64,000 nt of DNA. Source: an uncultured Nitrososphaerota archaeon. Its GTDB lineage: Archaea; Thermoproteota; Nitrososphaeria; Nitrososphaerales; CADDZS01. Below are positions 1-10,132 of this stretch, piece after piece. Within the stretch, counting starts at the first letter, position 1, and every line of letters starts with the position of its first letter. The stretch is taken from the NCBI GenBank assembly GCA_963799845.1, contig CAWCYI010000004.1, forward strand, positions 896,001 to 960,000, read 5' to 3'. Made by a program: the position numbers and the translations under genes. The notes below the pieces were generated by a model, which worked only from the letters and a program-made list of their open reading frames with translations, did no database searches and was not told the origin of the DNA.

Positions 1-929
1 AGTATGCAAGTTCGTGCCTGATCGATTGTAGTAGTTATTCCGACGAACACCGCTGTTCCAACTCCGACGCCTAAATTGTTCGCAGCTCCCCCCAGAATCA
101 CTATTACAAACGGATAGAAAGTCCACATAGTCCTAGTGAAAGTGGTTGGTGAAATAGCAGGTTCCCAAAGCACCCACAATACTCCCGCAATTCCGCAGAG
201 CGCTGATGAGATGATCAGAACATTGCGCCTAACCCCAACAGTGTCTTTGCCAATCGCCTCTGAAGAAATCTCGTTGTCACGAATTGCTCTCATCATCCTT
301 CCGAGTGGAGATCTTGCCACCCTTTCAGAGTAAAAGTAGACTCCAGCCGCTGCCACAATCAAGATCGCAAGAACCACAACATCGCGCAGACCCTGCGTCG
401 AAACAGCCCAAGAGACAGGGTCTGGTACGAGCAATCCTTCTGTACCGCCGGTTATAGGATAGTATGCCGTGACAAAGATAAGAAAGAACTGCCCAGCTGC
501 GAGAAGAAGCATACCGAGGTAGTCTTCTCTAAGTCTGATCGCGGGAAACGAAGCTAGATATCCTATCACAGCGGCGACCCCGGCGCCGACAGCCAAGGAA
601 AATAAAAGCAGCCCCAGGCCGAAATAAGGATGAGAAAGTATGTTTTGGTTAATATCTGTAGAAAATAGTGCTTGGGACGCTATGATATCCGAAGACTTTA
701 GGTTCAAAACATACAGAGCAAGCCTGTAGGAAAGGGAGCCGGCAATCAAACCTCCGGCAGCCACAAAAAGAACCTTTCCAAAGTTCGGTATGCCAGTATA
801 TCCAAATTCAAGATTTACTGTCAGGCTGACAATTAAGTAGAGACAGAATAGTATGCCAACTTCAATGAAAACCGAAACGAGATCGATATGAGTTGTACCG
901 CAGCTGACGGTAAACGAAGGGATGGACAT
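1..929 (-). CDS. livM: Branched-chain amino acid ABC transporter permease (LivM-like), truncated by window edge
   Basis: Manual translation from ATG at 929: ...LTVNLEFGYTGIPNFGKV... and PAIRLREDYLGM motif; hydrophobic; directly downstream of livH. Confidence 0.85.
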   Translation of the reverse strand, partial: MSIPSFTVSCGTTHIDLVSVFIEVGILFCLYLIVSLTVNLEFGYTGIPNFGKVLFVAAGGLIAGSLSYRLALYVLNLKSSDIIASQALFSTDINQNILSHPYFGLGLLLFSLAVGAGVAAVIGYLASFPAIRLREDYLGMLLLAAGQFFLIFVTAYYPITGGTEGLLVPDPVSWAVSTQGLRDVVVLAILIVAAAGVYFYSERVARSPLGRMMRAIRDNEISSEAIGKDTVGVRRNVLIISSALCGIAGVLWVLWEPAISPTTFTRTMWTFYPFVIVILGGAANNLGVGVGTAVFVGITTTIDQARTCI

Positions 930-1907
930 TTACAAAGTACCTCTTAGCTTTTTCCCAACTCTTCGCCAATTTACGCCTGTAAGTCCTCGTGGAGCCACAA
1001 GCAGAACTATGATCATAATGGCGAGAGGAATTCCTTTTTGAAAGTCGAGAACCTGAGAGCCTGCAGACGCACCGTAAAGAGCGCTAAAGAGCCTGTCTAA
1101 CAATACTGCGATATACGTTTCGCTGAAGCCTACAATTAGTCCACCGATTATTGCTCCGTAAATACTTCCTAGGCCCCCCAGCACGCTTCCTGCAAAAATG
1201 TCCACTATGATTAAAGACGATTGACCCTCCGGTGTTCCCGTAAATATTGCGGTCAGTCCTCCCGCAACCCCGGCTATCCCTCCTGCCAGAAACCATGAAA
1301 CTAGGTTAACCCGCTCTACATTGATTCCCACTGTTTTGGCGAGATTTGCATTTTCGATAGCTGCTCTCATCGCTACACCAAACTTTGATCGGGTAAGCAA
1401 GAGAAACAGACCAAATGAAACGAGCAACAGGACGGCTGGAGCTATGAATAGCAACCCAGGATATCCAAAGATACGAATATCCGGTAGCTGTTGAAGGCTG
1501 TAGAATTGACCCCCGTATCCTTTGTCATCCAGAATTCTCCCGTATTTGCTTCCCATGTACTCTGCGAACAAATCGAAAAGTCCCGAAAAAACAATGTCAA
1601 CAGCAAGAGTTGCGATCATAAGCACAACCAGTGAAGAACCACGACGAATCAATGGCCGCAAAACTATGAGGTACATCACGACGGCAACTGCTGCCCCGAA
1701 GATCAACCCCAACGGTGTAGTCAGATAGGGACTTGGCGCATCCCAAAGAATGTAGGAAGCCGATGATGCATAAATCCCCACGACGACGAAATCAGCCACA
1801 GCAAAATTTGGAACTTTGGTAGTGAGATATGTAGCTGTCAGTCCGACGCACATCAATCCCACGAGCGATCCGTAGATGATTGATTCTGTGATTGTCGGGT
1901 CGAGCAT
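930..1907 (-). CDS. livH: Branched-chain amino acid ABC transporter permease (LivH-like)
   Basis: GLTATYLTTKVPNFA, RSKFGVAMRAAIEN..A..VGIN and GGLGSIYGAIIGG motifs; start taken at MLDPT. Confidence 0.9.
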   Translation of the reverse strand: MLDPTITESIIYGSLVGLMCVGLTATYLTTKVPNFAVADFVVVGIYASSASYILWDAPSPYLTTPLGLIFGAAVAVVMYLIVLRPLIRRGSSLVVLMIATLAVDIVFSGLFDLFAEYMGSKYGRILDDKGYGGQFYSLQQLPDIRIFGYPGLLFIAPAVLLLVSFGLFLLLTRSKFGVAMRAAIENANLAKTVGINVERVNLVSWFLAGGIAGVAGGLTAIFTGTPEGQSSLIIVDIFAGSVLGGLGSIYGAIIGGLIVGFSETYIAVLLDRLFSALYGASAGSQVLDFQKGIPLAIMIIVLLVAPRGLTGVNWRRVGKKLRGTL

Positions 1908-1969
1908 CCAGTTCTTCTCATGGCGAAGGTAAGAATAGTTAAATAGTTTCTCATAGCTGACCCTCAAAT

Positions 1970-3379
1970 ATGGTTAGAATAAATCGAAGACGTACGGGCG
2001 TCTCCACAGTGGTTGCTGCCGTCCTTTTAATTGTAGGATTGGTGGTGGGCGCGGGTGTAGGGCTTGCTGCGTCATCTAGCAAAGTTACGACGTCAACACA
2101 AACGACAACAATTACTGGATCTGGTAGCGCACCAGCAACGACAACAGTGACATCTCCCGGGACAACGGTCACGGTCAGTGGTTCAGGTTCGAGCAGTAGC
2201 GGCCTTTCAGGGATTGTTACAATCGGAGTCCTCGATGACCTGACGGATGGATTGTCAGGTGAAGGGCTTAAGATAAACTTCACAGTGCATCAGGCAGTGA
2301 ATGACATTAACGCATATTTGCAAAATACTAGTTGGGCGGGCAAAGTAAGCTTCAACGTAGCAGTAGAAGACTATGCGTTGGACAACACAAAGGCAACGAA
2401 CATCATGAACACTTTCAAGTCAGATGGAATTGCGGTTACTGTCGGACCCCTAAACAGCGGATCGGCACAAGCGATACTCAGTTTGGCTGATTCGGATCAA
2501 ATTGTCATGATCAGTCCATCGTCAACATCTGCGGCTCTCGCAATCCCGAACGATTATCTTTTCAGGACTGCGCCAACGGACAATGTACAGGGCATGGCAG
2601 ACGCGGCAATGATGTGGCAGAATGGAGTGAGGTACCTGATACAAGTTTACCGACAGGATACCTATGGTAGCGGCCTCGCCAATTTCACTGCAGCGGATTT
2701 CAAAGCCCTTGGCGGAACTATAGTGGATAGCGTACCTTACGATACAACCACAACAAACTTCGCGCCAACTCTAGCGACTCTGAATACCGACTGGGCGACT
2801 GGAGTAAGTGATGCAAAAGGCAACAACAATTCAGTAGCTATTCAGATGGTAGCCTTCGATGAAGGTGCGACGTTGCTACAGCAAGCAAGCACGAGTTATC
2901 CCACTCTACTAAAGACTCCACAGCCATGGTATGGAACCGACGGAGTAGAAGGAGAGTCAGTTTTCACAAACTCGACTATTGCCTCCACAATACAAGCTGT
3001 GAGGCTCCCCTCAACGGTATTCGGCTACACCAACAGCAGCAAAACACAGGTACTATGTACACAACTATTCAAGGCAACTAGTCAGACTTGTGATTCCTAT
3101 CCGATAGGAGCATACGATGATGTTTGGATCGCGGCTCTCTCAATACTGGAATGTGGCTCCAACACTGGCTCCTGCATTCAAAAAGTACTGCCGAGCGTTG
3201 CTGACAACTACTACGGAGTTAGCGGATGGACGGAGCTGAACGCAGCAGGTGACAGAGCTATCTCTGACTACCTGATCTACTGCATCACTGGCCCCGCAAG
3301 CAATCTCGCTTGGACCGTCTGCGGATCGTGGTCGTACCAGACAGACACGGTAACTTGGACGAACAAACCTTCAACGTAA
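1970..3379 (+). CDS. ABC transporter substrate-binding protein (LivK-like) with N-terminal anchor and Ser/Thr linker
   Basis: N-terminal TM segment, T/S-rich linker, VGPLNSG, ISPSSTS..L, YLFRTAPTD, DTYGSG motifs. Confidence 0.9.
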   Translation: MVRINRRRTGVSTVVAAVLLIVGLVVGAGVGLAASSSKVTTSTQTTTITGSGSAPATTTVTSPGTTVTVSGSGSSSSGLSGIVTIGVLDDLTDGLSGEGLKINFTVHQAVNDINAYLQNTSWAGKVSFNVAVEDYALDNTKATNIMNTFKSDGIAVTVGPLNSGSAQAILSLADSDQIVMISPSSTSAALAIPNDYLFRTAPTDNVQGMADAAMMWQNGVRYLIQVYRQDTYGSGLANFTAADFKALGGTIVDSVPYDTTTTNFAPTLATLNTDWATGVSDAKGNNNSVAIQMVAFDEGATLLQQASTSYPTLLKTPQPWYGTDGVEGESVFTNSTIASTIQAVRLPSTVFGYTNSSKTQVLCTQLFKATSQTCDSYPIGAYDDVWIAALSILECGSNTGSCIQKVLPSVADNYYGVSGWTELNAAGDRAISDYLIYCITGPASNLAWTVCGSWSYQTDTVTWTNKPST

Positions 3380-3380
3380 A

Positions 3381-3421
3381 AGGAGTTTAGGGAAACTCCT
3401 CCCCCTTCTCTTTTTTTGTTT
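3381..3421 (+). terminator. Hairpin plus T-tract after the substrate-binding gene
   Basis: AGGAGTTT-aggg-AAACTCCT stem followed by a pyrimidine/T run immediately after the stop codon. Confidence 0.55.
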
Positions 3422-3453
3422 AATTACCTGTTTTCTTCCGTGTTTTGAGAAAC

Positions 3454-4212
3454 ATGGGTCTTGCCTTAGAGGTTAAGGACGTACGTAAGTCCTTTGGAAA
3501 CCTGCACGCTCTCGACGACGTTTCACTAGGTGCTGAAGAGAAATCACTTACGATTCTAATGGGCCCCAATGGCTCGGGAAAGACGACCCTGATCAACGTG
3601 ATAGGTGGATTGTACAAGCCCGATTCTGGAACTGTATTCTTTCGCGGAAAGGAAATTACTGGTCTTCCACCTCACAAGATATTCAAACTTGGGCTTGCTC
3701 GTACATTTCAAATTCCTGCACTATTTCCTAACCTCACTGTTCTTGAGAACGTGATGGTTGCTAAGAAGGATAACCCGGGCGAAAGTTTCGCCAGATCCCT
3801 TTCGAAAAGATTTTGGGCGAAAGAGGAAACAAAAACTGCGGAAGAGGGTTTCGAAGTCCTAGCCATGGTCGGCTTGTCGCATATGTGGGACAAGCTCGCG
3901 GCAGTTTTAAGCGGAGGGCAATTGAAGCTCTTGGAAATAGGGAGAGCTTTGATTAGCGATGCAAGCGTGATCCTTCTCGATGAACCAATCTCCGGAGTAA
4001 ACCCAACGCTTGCTCATCAAATCTTTTCAACATTAGTGAAAATTAGAGATAATTACGGAGTCACATTTCTGATAGTCGAACACAGGCTCGACATAGCCCT
4101 AAGTTATGTTGATTCAGTTATCGTAATGGCGTACGGAAAATTCTTGACCTCGGGAACGCCGCAGGAAGTGACCTCGGACATCAGGGTTATTGACGCCTAT
4201 CTGGGCGGTTGA
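3454..4212 (+). CDS. livG: ABC ATPase (LivG-like)
   Basis: Walker A GPNGSGKT, LARTFQ, LSGGQ, LLDEP, IVEH, C-terminal DAYLG. Confidence 0.92.
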   Translation: MGLALEVKDVRKSFGNLHALDDVSLGAEEKSLTILMGPNGSGKTTLINVIGGLYKPDSGTVFFRGKEITGLPPHKIFKLGLARTFQIPALFPNLTVLENVMVAKKDNPGESFARSLSKRFWAKEETKTAEEGFEVLAMVGLSHMWDKLAAVLSGGQLKLLEIGRALISDASVILLDEPISGVNPTLAHQIFSTLVKIRDNYGVTFLIVEHRLDIALSYVDSVIVMAYGKFLTSGTPQEVTSDIRVIDAYLGG

Positions 4213-4232
4213 ACGAAGGTTTTCAATAAAAC

Positions 4233-4973
4233 TTGCTTTCAGTCGAAACAGTTTCTGCCGGTTATGGCAGACTCCAGGTTCTCTACGATATCTCGATGCA
4301 GGCTGCCGAAAAGGAAATCACTGTAATAGTTGGACCGAATGGGTCGGGGAAAAGCACTCTCCTGAAAACAATAGCTGGGCTTACATCAATCTACAGTGGC
4401 AGTGTTTCTCTCGATGGAAACAAGATTTCCGGTCTGCCTGCGCATGAGATCGCAAAGCGAGGATTGGCCTATCTTCCTCAGACTGAAAGTGTGTTTACTC
4501 AGCTGACTGTTGCAGAGAATTTCAAGATGGCCGGTTATACTGTTCCAGACGCAGAATTTGATTCACGGCTGAAAACTGGAATGGACATGTTCCCGCAGTT
4601 ATCGAATTATCTAAAGTCCAAAGCTCAGAATCTGAGCGGCGGCGAAAGGCAGATGGTAGCGATGACGATGGCGTTGATACGCAAGCCTAAGGTAATCATG
4701 TTTGATGAGCCCACGGCCAACCTATCGCCTAAACTTGCGACCGAAGTCCTCAGAAAAATAGCGGATCTACCCTCAGCCCTCGGGCTTACAGTACTCCTAG
4801 TGGAACAGAATGCGAAGAAAGCTCTTGAGATCGGCAATAAGGCGTACCTGCTTGTCAGCGGGAAAAAGGTCTTTGACGGCTCTGCAAGGGAGCTGCTCGA
4901 ACACGAAGAGCTTTCCCGCATGTACCTCGGCCTAAAAACAACTGGAGCAAATCAATCCCGGTCTTCAAAGTAA
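4233..4973 (+). CDS. livF: ABC ATPase (LivF-like)
   Basis: GPNGSGKS, LSGGERQM, DEPTANLSP, LLVEQNA, YLG. Confidence 0.92.
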   Translation: MLSVETVSAGYGRLQVLYDISMQAAEKEITVIVGPNGSGKSTLLKTIAGLTSIYSGSVSLDGNKISGLPAHEIAKRGLAYLPQTESVFTQLTVAENFKMAGYTVPDAEFDSRLKTGMDMFPQLSNYLKSKAQNLSGGERQMVAMTMALIRKPKVIMFDEPTANLSPKLATEVLRKIADLPSALGLTVLLVEQNAKKALEIGNKAYLLVSGKKVFDGSARELLEHEELSRMYLGLKTTGANQSRSSK

Positions 4974-4989
4974 ATCAAGCTTTTCCAAG

Positions 4990-6015
4990 CTAAGAAAAAT
5001 CTACACTTGTTCCCACGTTGTTTTTGACAGCATTTCGATAGGCTAGCGAAGCTGCCGCGCAATCCTGAATGCCCAACCCAACCGATTTGAACAACGTAAT
5101 TTCTTCAGGGGATTTTCTGCCCTGCACTGATCCGAGAATTACCTCTCCGAGATTGCCGAGGATTCTATCTTTTGAAAAGGCGCCTTCCTTAATCGGAATT
5201 AGCAGGTCTCCGGCTTCCTCCAGCGCCGCCTCTTGCAAATCCACGTAAACTTTGGAACGGACAACTGTTTGAGTGTCGATCTCCCTTTCCAACGGTTTGT
5301 AGTTCCCGAAGGCGCTAAGATGAGTCCCAAGCTTAATTTCGCTTCCATCAAATAGAGGATCTTTCGAAGGCGTGACGGTGGTAATGATGTCGGAGAGCTT
5401 TACCACAGAACTTGGAGTGTCGGCGACCTCGACGGATATTTTCAACACATCACTCATTTCATCCGCATAATTCTTGGCTCGCGCCCTAACATTGTCGTAG
5501 ACAACCGCTCGGTCAATTGATCTAACTTCCACGAGCGCCCTGAGCTGCGTCCGCGCTTGAACGCCAGCCCCAAAAATACCTGCAACGTGCGAATCGGTTC
5601 GTGATAGATACTTTGCAGCAAGCCCCCCCAACCCTCCCGTTCTCATAGCTGTAATCGATGCGCCGTCCATGATCGAAAGCACCTGACCGGTCTTCGGATC
5701 GTTTAGCACGATTGTACCTATTATCGCGGGAAGGCCTCTTTCCAGATTTCCGTTGTAGAGTGTGACTATTTTTGTCGTAAAAGAATTCAAACTCGGAAGA
5801 TAAGCTGGCATGATTCCTATCCAGCCTCCTTCCCGCGCGAGAGTTACCGTTGACCTAGCAATGGGCATCGTCTTGCCTGAAGCTTGGTCTTTGAACGCCG
5901 TCTCAAGCTCGGAAATCATTTCAGACATGGTCAAAACTTGATCCAGATTGGATTTAGAAAGAATCAAGACCAAAGAATTGCTCGCTCGGCAAGTTTCGAC
6001 TGTGGTCTTTTTCAA
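4990..6015 (-). CDS. Ornithine cyclodeaminase / archaeal alanine dehydrogenase (mu-crystallin) family; true start probably slightly downstream
   Basis: MPAY, KIVT, ITAMRTG, GAGVQARTQ, EEAGDL, TLFKSVGLGIQD. Confidence 0.9.
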   Translation of the reverse strand: MKKTTVETCRASNSLVLILSKSNLDQVLTMSEMISELETAFKDQASGKTMPIARSTVTLAREGGWIGIMPAYLPSLNSFTTKIVTLYNGNLERGLPAIIGTIVLNDPKTGQVLSIMDGASITAMRTGGLGGLAAKYLSRTDSHVAGIFGAGVQARTQLRALVEVRSIDRAVVYDNVRARAKNYADEMSDVLKISVEVADTPSSVVKLSDIITTVTPSKDPLFDGSEIKLGTHLSAFGNYKPLEREIDTQTVVRSKVYVDLQEAALEEAGDLLIPIKEGAFSKDRILGNLGEVILGSVQGRKSPEEITLFKSVGLGIQDCAAASLAYRNAVKNNVGTSVDFS

Positions 6016-6098
6016 GCATTCTAAGTGATTTCAGTCTCTCCCAATTTTGGGACATTCCTTACAATGAATTCGAAACGATTGTCTTAATTCCTTACAAA

Positions 6099-7104
6099 TT
6101 ACTGATCAAGATGTTCACGGATTAACGGTTCCAGAAGATTCAATCTCGCGGCAGATGCGTTTCCGTCCTTTACTGTATCTACTGAGAAAATGGGTATGAC
6201 CGTTGGTGGCAAAGTGAGAATTTTTTCTTGAATTTTTTCAATGTCTCCGACAAGTGACAAATCGTCGATGAGATCGTTGTCTACTGAATCAGCAGCGGCT
6301 CTGCTTCCGCCTTCGGCATGCGCTTTCTGAATCTTCTTTACGCTATCTTCGAACCCCAGTTTCGAGAGATTCGTGGCATAATAGCGACCCATGGAGCCCA
6401 CGTAGAAGGCAATATTTTTTGCAATTTCAATTCTTGCTTTCCTTGTTTCCTCGGAGTTCAGAGTAATTTTCAGCGGGATGTATGCGAAAAGTTTCTTCTC
6501 TTTTCCGCTCGAATCTGATCGTCTCACTATATCCAGCGCGTGCGAAATTTTCGAAAGCGGATACATAGTAACTATCGCGCCGTCCGAGATGCGGGCAGCA
6601 ACTGACAAGTTTCGATCGCCAATTGCTCCGATGTATATTTCCTGGTCGGTGCTTCGAGGCTTTGTGTAAAGTCTGAATCCGGATAGTCTCAGAACTTCTC
6701 CCGAGTATTCCAAATCATCGCCGCGAGCGACGCGCCTAATGATTTCGACGTATTCCTTGGTTCTCTGCAATGGTTTCGTAAAACTAGACCCGTGCCAGTT
6801 CTCGACCACAGTTTTCCCGCTTGATCCTAATCCCAAAAGAAATCTATCTGGAGCAATCTGGTCGAGTGTGGCACATGCCATACCGATTAGCGCGGCGGAT
6901 CTAGAATAGATATTAACCACTCCTACGCCAATCTTAACTCTCTCAGTAATGCCGAGCAAGTAGCCGGCGGTCGATATAGACTTCTAGGCCCCAGGCTTCT
7001 GTCAGCCAGAGATACTCGAATCCGTAATTGTCGGCTTCACGAGCAATCGACCTGGTGAAATCTATGGTCGCTCCTCGCCAATTGATGCAAGCGCCGAACT
7101 TCAT
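6099..7104 (-). CDS. LLM-class (probably F420-dependent) oxidoreductase; +1 indel near 6981
   Basis: N-terminus MKFGACINW...GFEYLWLTEAWG in one frame joins GITERVKIGVGVVNIYSR...RFLLGLGSS in another. Confidence 0.8.
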
Positions 7105-7194
7105 TCTAGAAACGAGCCGTTCCCTATGAACGAGCCCGAATCATAAAACCATGATGTTTTATGCGAGTGTTTAACCTACGCCGTTTCCGCCTCG

Positions 7195-7821
7195 TCAGCT
7201 CTCAGGCTCGTCTGGAACGTCCGGGAATTTCGCTCTCATACGTTGCTCGACTATCGTGCTCGCTTCCTCGATTACCCTCTCGGCTTCCTCGTTGTTCACC
7301 TCAAATGAAAGCTGCCCTCCATCGAGCTGACCTGCATCCACGAGAATGCCGGAGAGAAGGCCCGAGATCTCACCGATTTCTCTCTCAGCGTCAGGAATGA
7401 CATTAACAAGTCCAGGCTGGACGCCCTTGATCGCGCTTATGGCGGGTGCGAGAGTGTTTGCAATATCCCCAAGTTCTTGTACTGTGCTCAAGCGAAGGTT
7501 GAGCTGTTCCAGAGCAAGTCTGGCCTGTGTGACTACGTTGTTCATCTTCCGAACTTCTGAGAGCTCGTTTGCAAGCATGCTCGCACGTGTGTCGTCATTT
7601 TTCTGCATCGATGAGACGACCTTTGAAAATAGTGAAGCGTCTTTTTCTCTCAACTTCGCTCCCAGCTGTTCCAGTTTTACTACCTGAATTTGGATCTGTC
7701 TTGAGGCCATCTCGAGCTTGGGCCTCAGCGGCTCTGCTGATCTCAAACCACCTGTCAATCGTGAACCTAATCCATCTGAGTCTTTTGAGGGCTTTTGCCA
7801 CTTTTCAGAGAACTTTACCAA
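7195..7821 (-). CDS. cdvB: ESCRT-III / Snf7-family CdvB paralogue
   Basis: Helical Snf7 core with PL+P+..A, LREKD..LF.KVV, ANELSEVRK, LEQLNLRLSTVQELGD as in thaumarchaeal CdvB proteins. Confidence 0.85.
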   Translation of the reverse strand: MVKFSEKWQKPSKDSDGLGSRLTGGLRSAEPLRPKLEMASRQIQIQVVKLEQLGAKLREKDASLFSKVVSSMQKNDDTRASMLANELSEVRKMNNVVTQARLALEQLNLRLSTVQELGDIANTLAPAISAIKGVQPGLVNVIPDAEREIGEISGLLSGILVDAGQLDGGQLSFEVNNEEAERVIEEASTIVEQRMRAKFPDVPDEPES

Positions 7822-8166
7822 ACAGATCTACCACTAAACTCCAGTACTACAGGCACAGTTTGATAGCTCGCATAAGGCCCCGTGTTAAGAAGAATTTACT
7901 CTTGGAACGAAAAATATTTGACTCAGGCGATTCTTCTGAGGCGTACTCACTAGCGGCCAATTCGTCGAACACATGCGGCTATTTGGATGAAACTTTCGTA
8001 CAAATCTAACTAGCAAGCTCCCTTCATCCGAAGGGGAGCATATTTCATTCGATCTGATGGACTACTACTGGAATAGTAATAAATTTCTCTTATCGACTAT
8101 TTTTGAGCATAGTTTACTTGGCAATTTCGAATAATGCCTATATGCCAGATAGAAGCTTAGAATCCC

Positions 8167-8631
8167 ATGCGACTCAAGGAAAACGACATGGCTCCTGTCT
8201 TCGAATCGTTTACAGAGACCGGTGAAAAATTTTCACTAGGAGATTTGCTCGGCAAGACAAATATCGTCCTCTATTTCTATCCGAAGGATTTTACGATGGG
8301 ATGTACAAAAGAGGCGTGTGCATTTCGAGACAATTGGAACAAGGTGATTTCTTTGGGCGCCACGATTATCGGAGTGAGCTCCGATTCTCCCGAAACGCAT
8401 TCCAGATTCAAGAAGGAGCATTCGCTGCAGTTTACATTGTTGAGCGATCAGAATAAAGATATCAGAAAACTGTACGGCATCGATGGCATGTTCATCCCGC
8501 CAAGAACCACCTTCGTAATTGACAAGCGAGGAAAGATCCGCCACATTTTCAATTCCCAGCTTAACGTTACAAAGCACGTCGAAGAAGCCCTTGCAACCCT
8601 TGACAGCATCTCAAAGGAAGTTCATGTCTAA
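8167..8631 (+). CDS. bcp: Peroxiredoxin (BCP type)
   Basis: YFYPKDFTMGCTKEACAFRD, GVSSDS, RTTFVID. Confidence 0.93.
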   Translation: MRLKENDMAPVFESFTETGEKFSLGDLLGKTNIVLYFYPKDFTMGCTKEACAFRDNWNKVISLGATIIGVSSDSPETHSRFKKEHSLQFTLLSDQNKDIRKLYGIDGMFIPPRTTFVIDKRGKIRHIFNSQLNVTKHVEEALATLDSISKEVHV

Positions 8632-8912
8632 TGGCGAAAAGCAGGGGAGTCTTGGTTGCCATCATGTTTTTCTTCGGAGCAATCTTTGCGCTGTCAGGAC
8701 TAGTATTCACGCTTCAAGGCGAAGGTATTGTAGGTCCTGCGAGCAGTTTCATGTATCAAAGCCAGACATGGATTTATCAAGGAATAGGAGTTCTTGCGTT
8801 GGGATTAATAGTGCTGGGGCTAGCATTTCTCTTCCGTAAGAGTACAAACTCCAACTCGATTCCTGTTGGGGATCGATCGGCGGAAAATCAGAAGAATACG
8901 CCCAATGCCTAA
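8631..8912 (+). CDS. Small two-TM membrane protein
   Basis: Two hydrophobic helices, LQGEGIVGP.SSFM; 1-bp overlap with bcp stop. Confidence 0.65.
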   Translation: MAKSRGVLVAIMFFFGAIFALSGLVFTLQGEGIVGPASSFMYQSQTWIYQGIGVLALGLIVLGLAFLFRKSTNSNSIPVGDRSAENQKNTPNA

Positions 8913-10123
8913 CCGGTTGCTTTCTTGATAGATTGATCCAAATCGAAGATCAGATCATCTACGTCTTCCAATCCGACCGACAATCTGATCAATCCGTCAG
9001 TAATTCCCGCGTCCAGTCTTGCCTTTTTACTCATCGCCGCGTGCGTCATCGTGGCGGGATGAGTGACCATCGATTCTACGGCCCCGAGGTTTTCAGCGAG
9101 AGTGATTAGGGATAGACTACTCGCAAACTTCAAACCCGATTTGACCCCTCCCTTCAATTCGAAGGCGAGCAGTCCCCCATGCCCGTGAAGATGTTGTCTT
9201 CTAGCAATTGAGGCCTGCGGGAAACTGTCGAGTCCGGGGTACAATACCTTCGTGACCTTTGGATGGCCTTCGAGATACTCAGCAATGATTTGGGCGTTCT
9301 CGCAGTGCCTTTTCATCCGAACATCCAAAGTCTTCAAGCCTCGAATTGTCAGCCATGCATTGAAAGGAGACTGTATCAATCCCATCGCGTTCTGGATGTA
9401 CTTTAGATCCTCATGGTCTTTTTTGGTCTTGGTGACGATCGCTCCCCCGACAGTCGTATTGTGACCCTCGATGAACTTGGTAGTGCTGTGGAGAGTAATG
9501 TCGGCGCCCAAATCGAGAGGGACTTGAAGTGCTGGCGTCAGGAACGTGTTGTCAACCACGAGCTTTGCCTCCCCCTTGATTTCAGATACTGCTTTGATAT
9601 CGGTAAGTTTGAGGGTGGGATTTGCGGGAGTCTCGACAAAAATCAGTTTGGTCCTTGGAGTGATGGCCTCCCTGACAGCTTCAACGTCTCCCGTGTCCAC
9701 ATACGAAAACTTTAGTCCAAATCTCGAAAGTATCATATTGCAGAGCCTCGGCGTCCCACCGTAAACGACGTTCGAAATGATTGCATGATCTCCCTGACTT
9801 AGCAAGGCGAATACTGCGGTTATGGCTGACATTCCTGTTCCAAAGCAGGCGCCACCTTCGCCTTTTTCCAAGATACTCAGGTTATTTTCAAGAACCTGGA
9901 CGGTTGGGTTCCCCGTTCTGGAATAGGTAAATCCTTTATTGACTCCGACCGCCTGCTGGGCGTAAGTTGTTGTCTGGTAGATCGGAAGGGAAATTGCTCC
10001 CGTTGTTGGATCGGGAAACTGCGCTGCGTGAATTGCCTTGGTCGCAAAACCAGTTTCCGAGATCGAAGTCTGTTTCTTCTTGGTTGTTCTCTTTTCTGTT
10101 GTCTGTTCTGTCATCACTAACAT
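8909..10123 (-). CDS. Cystathionine gamma-lyase/synthase (Cys/Met PLP family)
   Basis: YSRTGNPT, ETPANP, DNTF, HSTTKFIEGH, HPATMTH, RLSVGLED. Confidence 0.93.
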   Translation of the reverse strand: MLVMTEQTTEKRTTKKKQTSISETGFATKAIHAAQFPDPTTGAISLPIYQTTTYAQQAVGVNKGFTYSRTGNPTVQVLENNLSILEKGEGGACFGTGMSAITAVFALLSQGDHAIISNVVYGGTPRLCNMILSRFGLKFSYVDTGDVEAVREAITPRTKLIFVETPANPTLKLTDIKAVSEIKGEAKLVVDNTFLTPALQVPLDLGADITLHSTTKFIEGHNTTVGGAIVTKTKKDHEDLKYIQNAMGLIQSPFNAWLTIRGLKTLDVRMKRHCENAQIIAEYLEGHPKVTKVLYPGLDSFPQASIARRQHLHGHGGLLAFELKGGVKSGLKFASSLSLITLAENLGAVESMVTHPATMTHAAMSKKARLDAGITDGLIRLSVGLEDVDDLIFDLDQSIKKATG

Positions 10124-10132
10124 CCATTTGCC

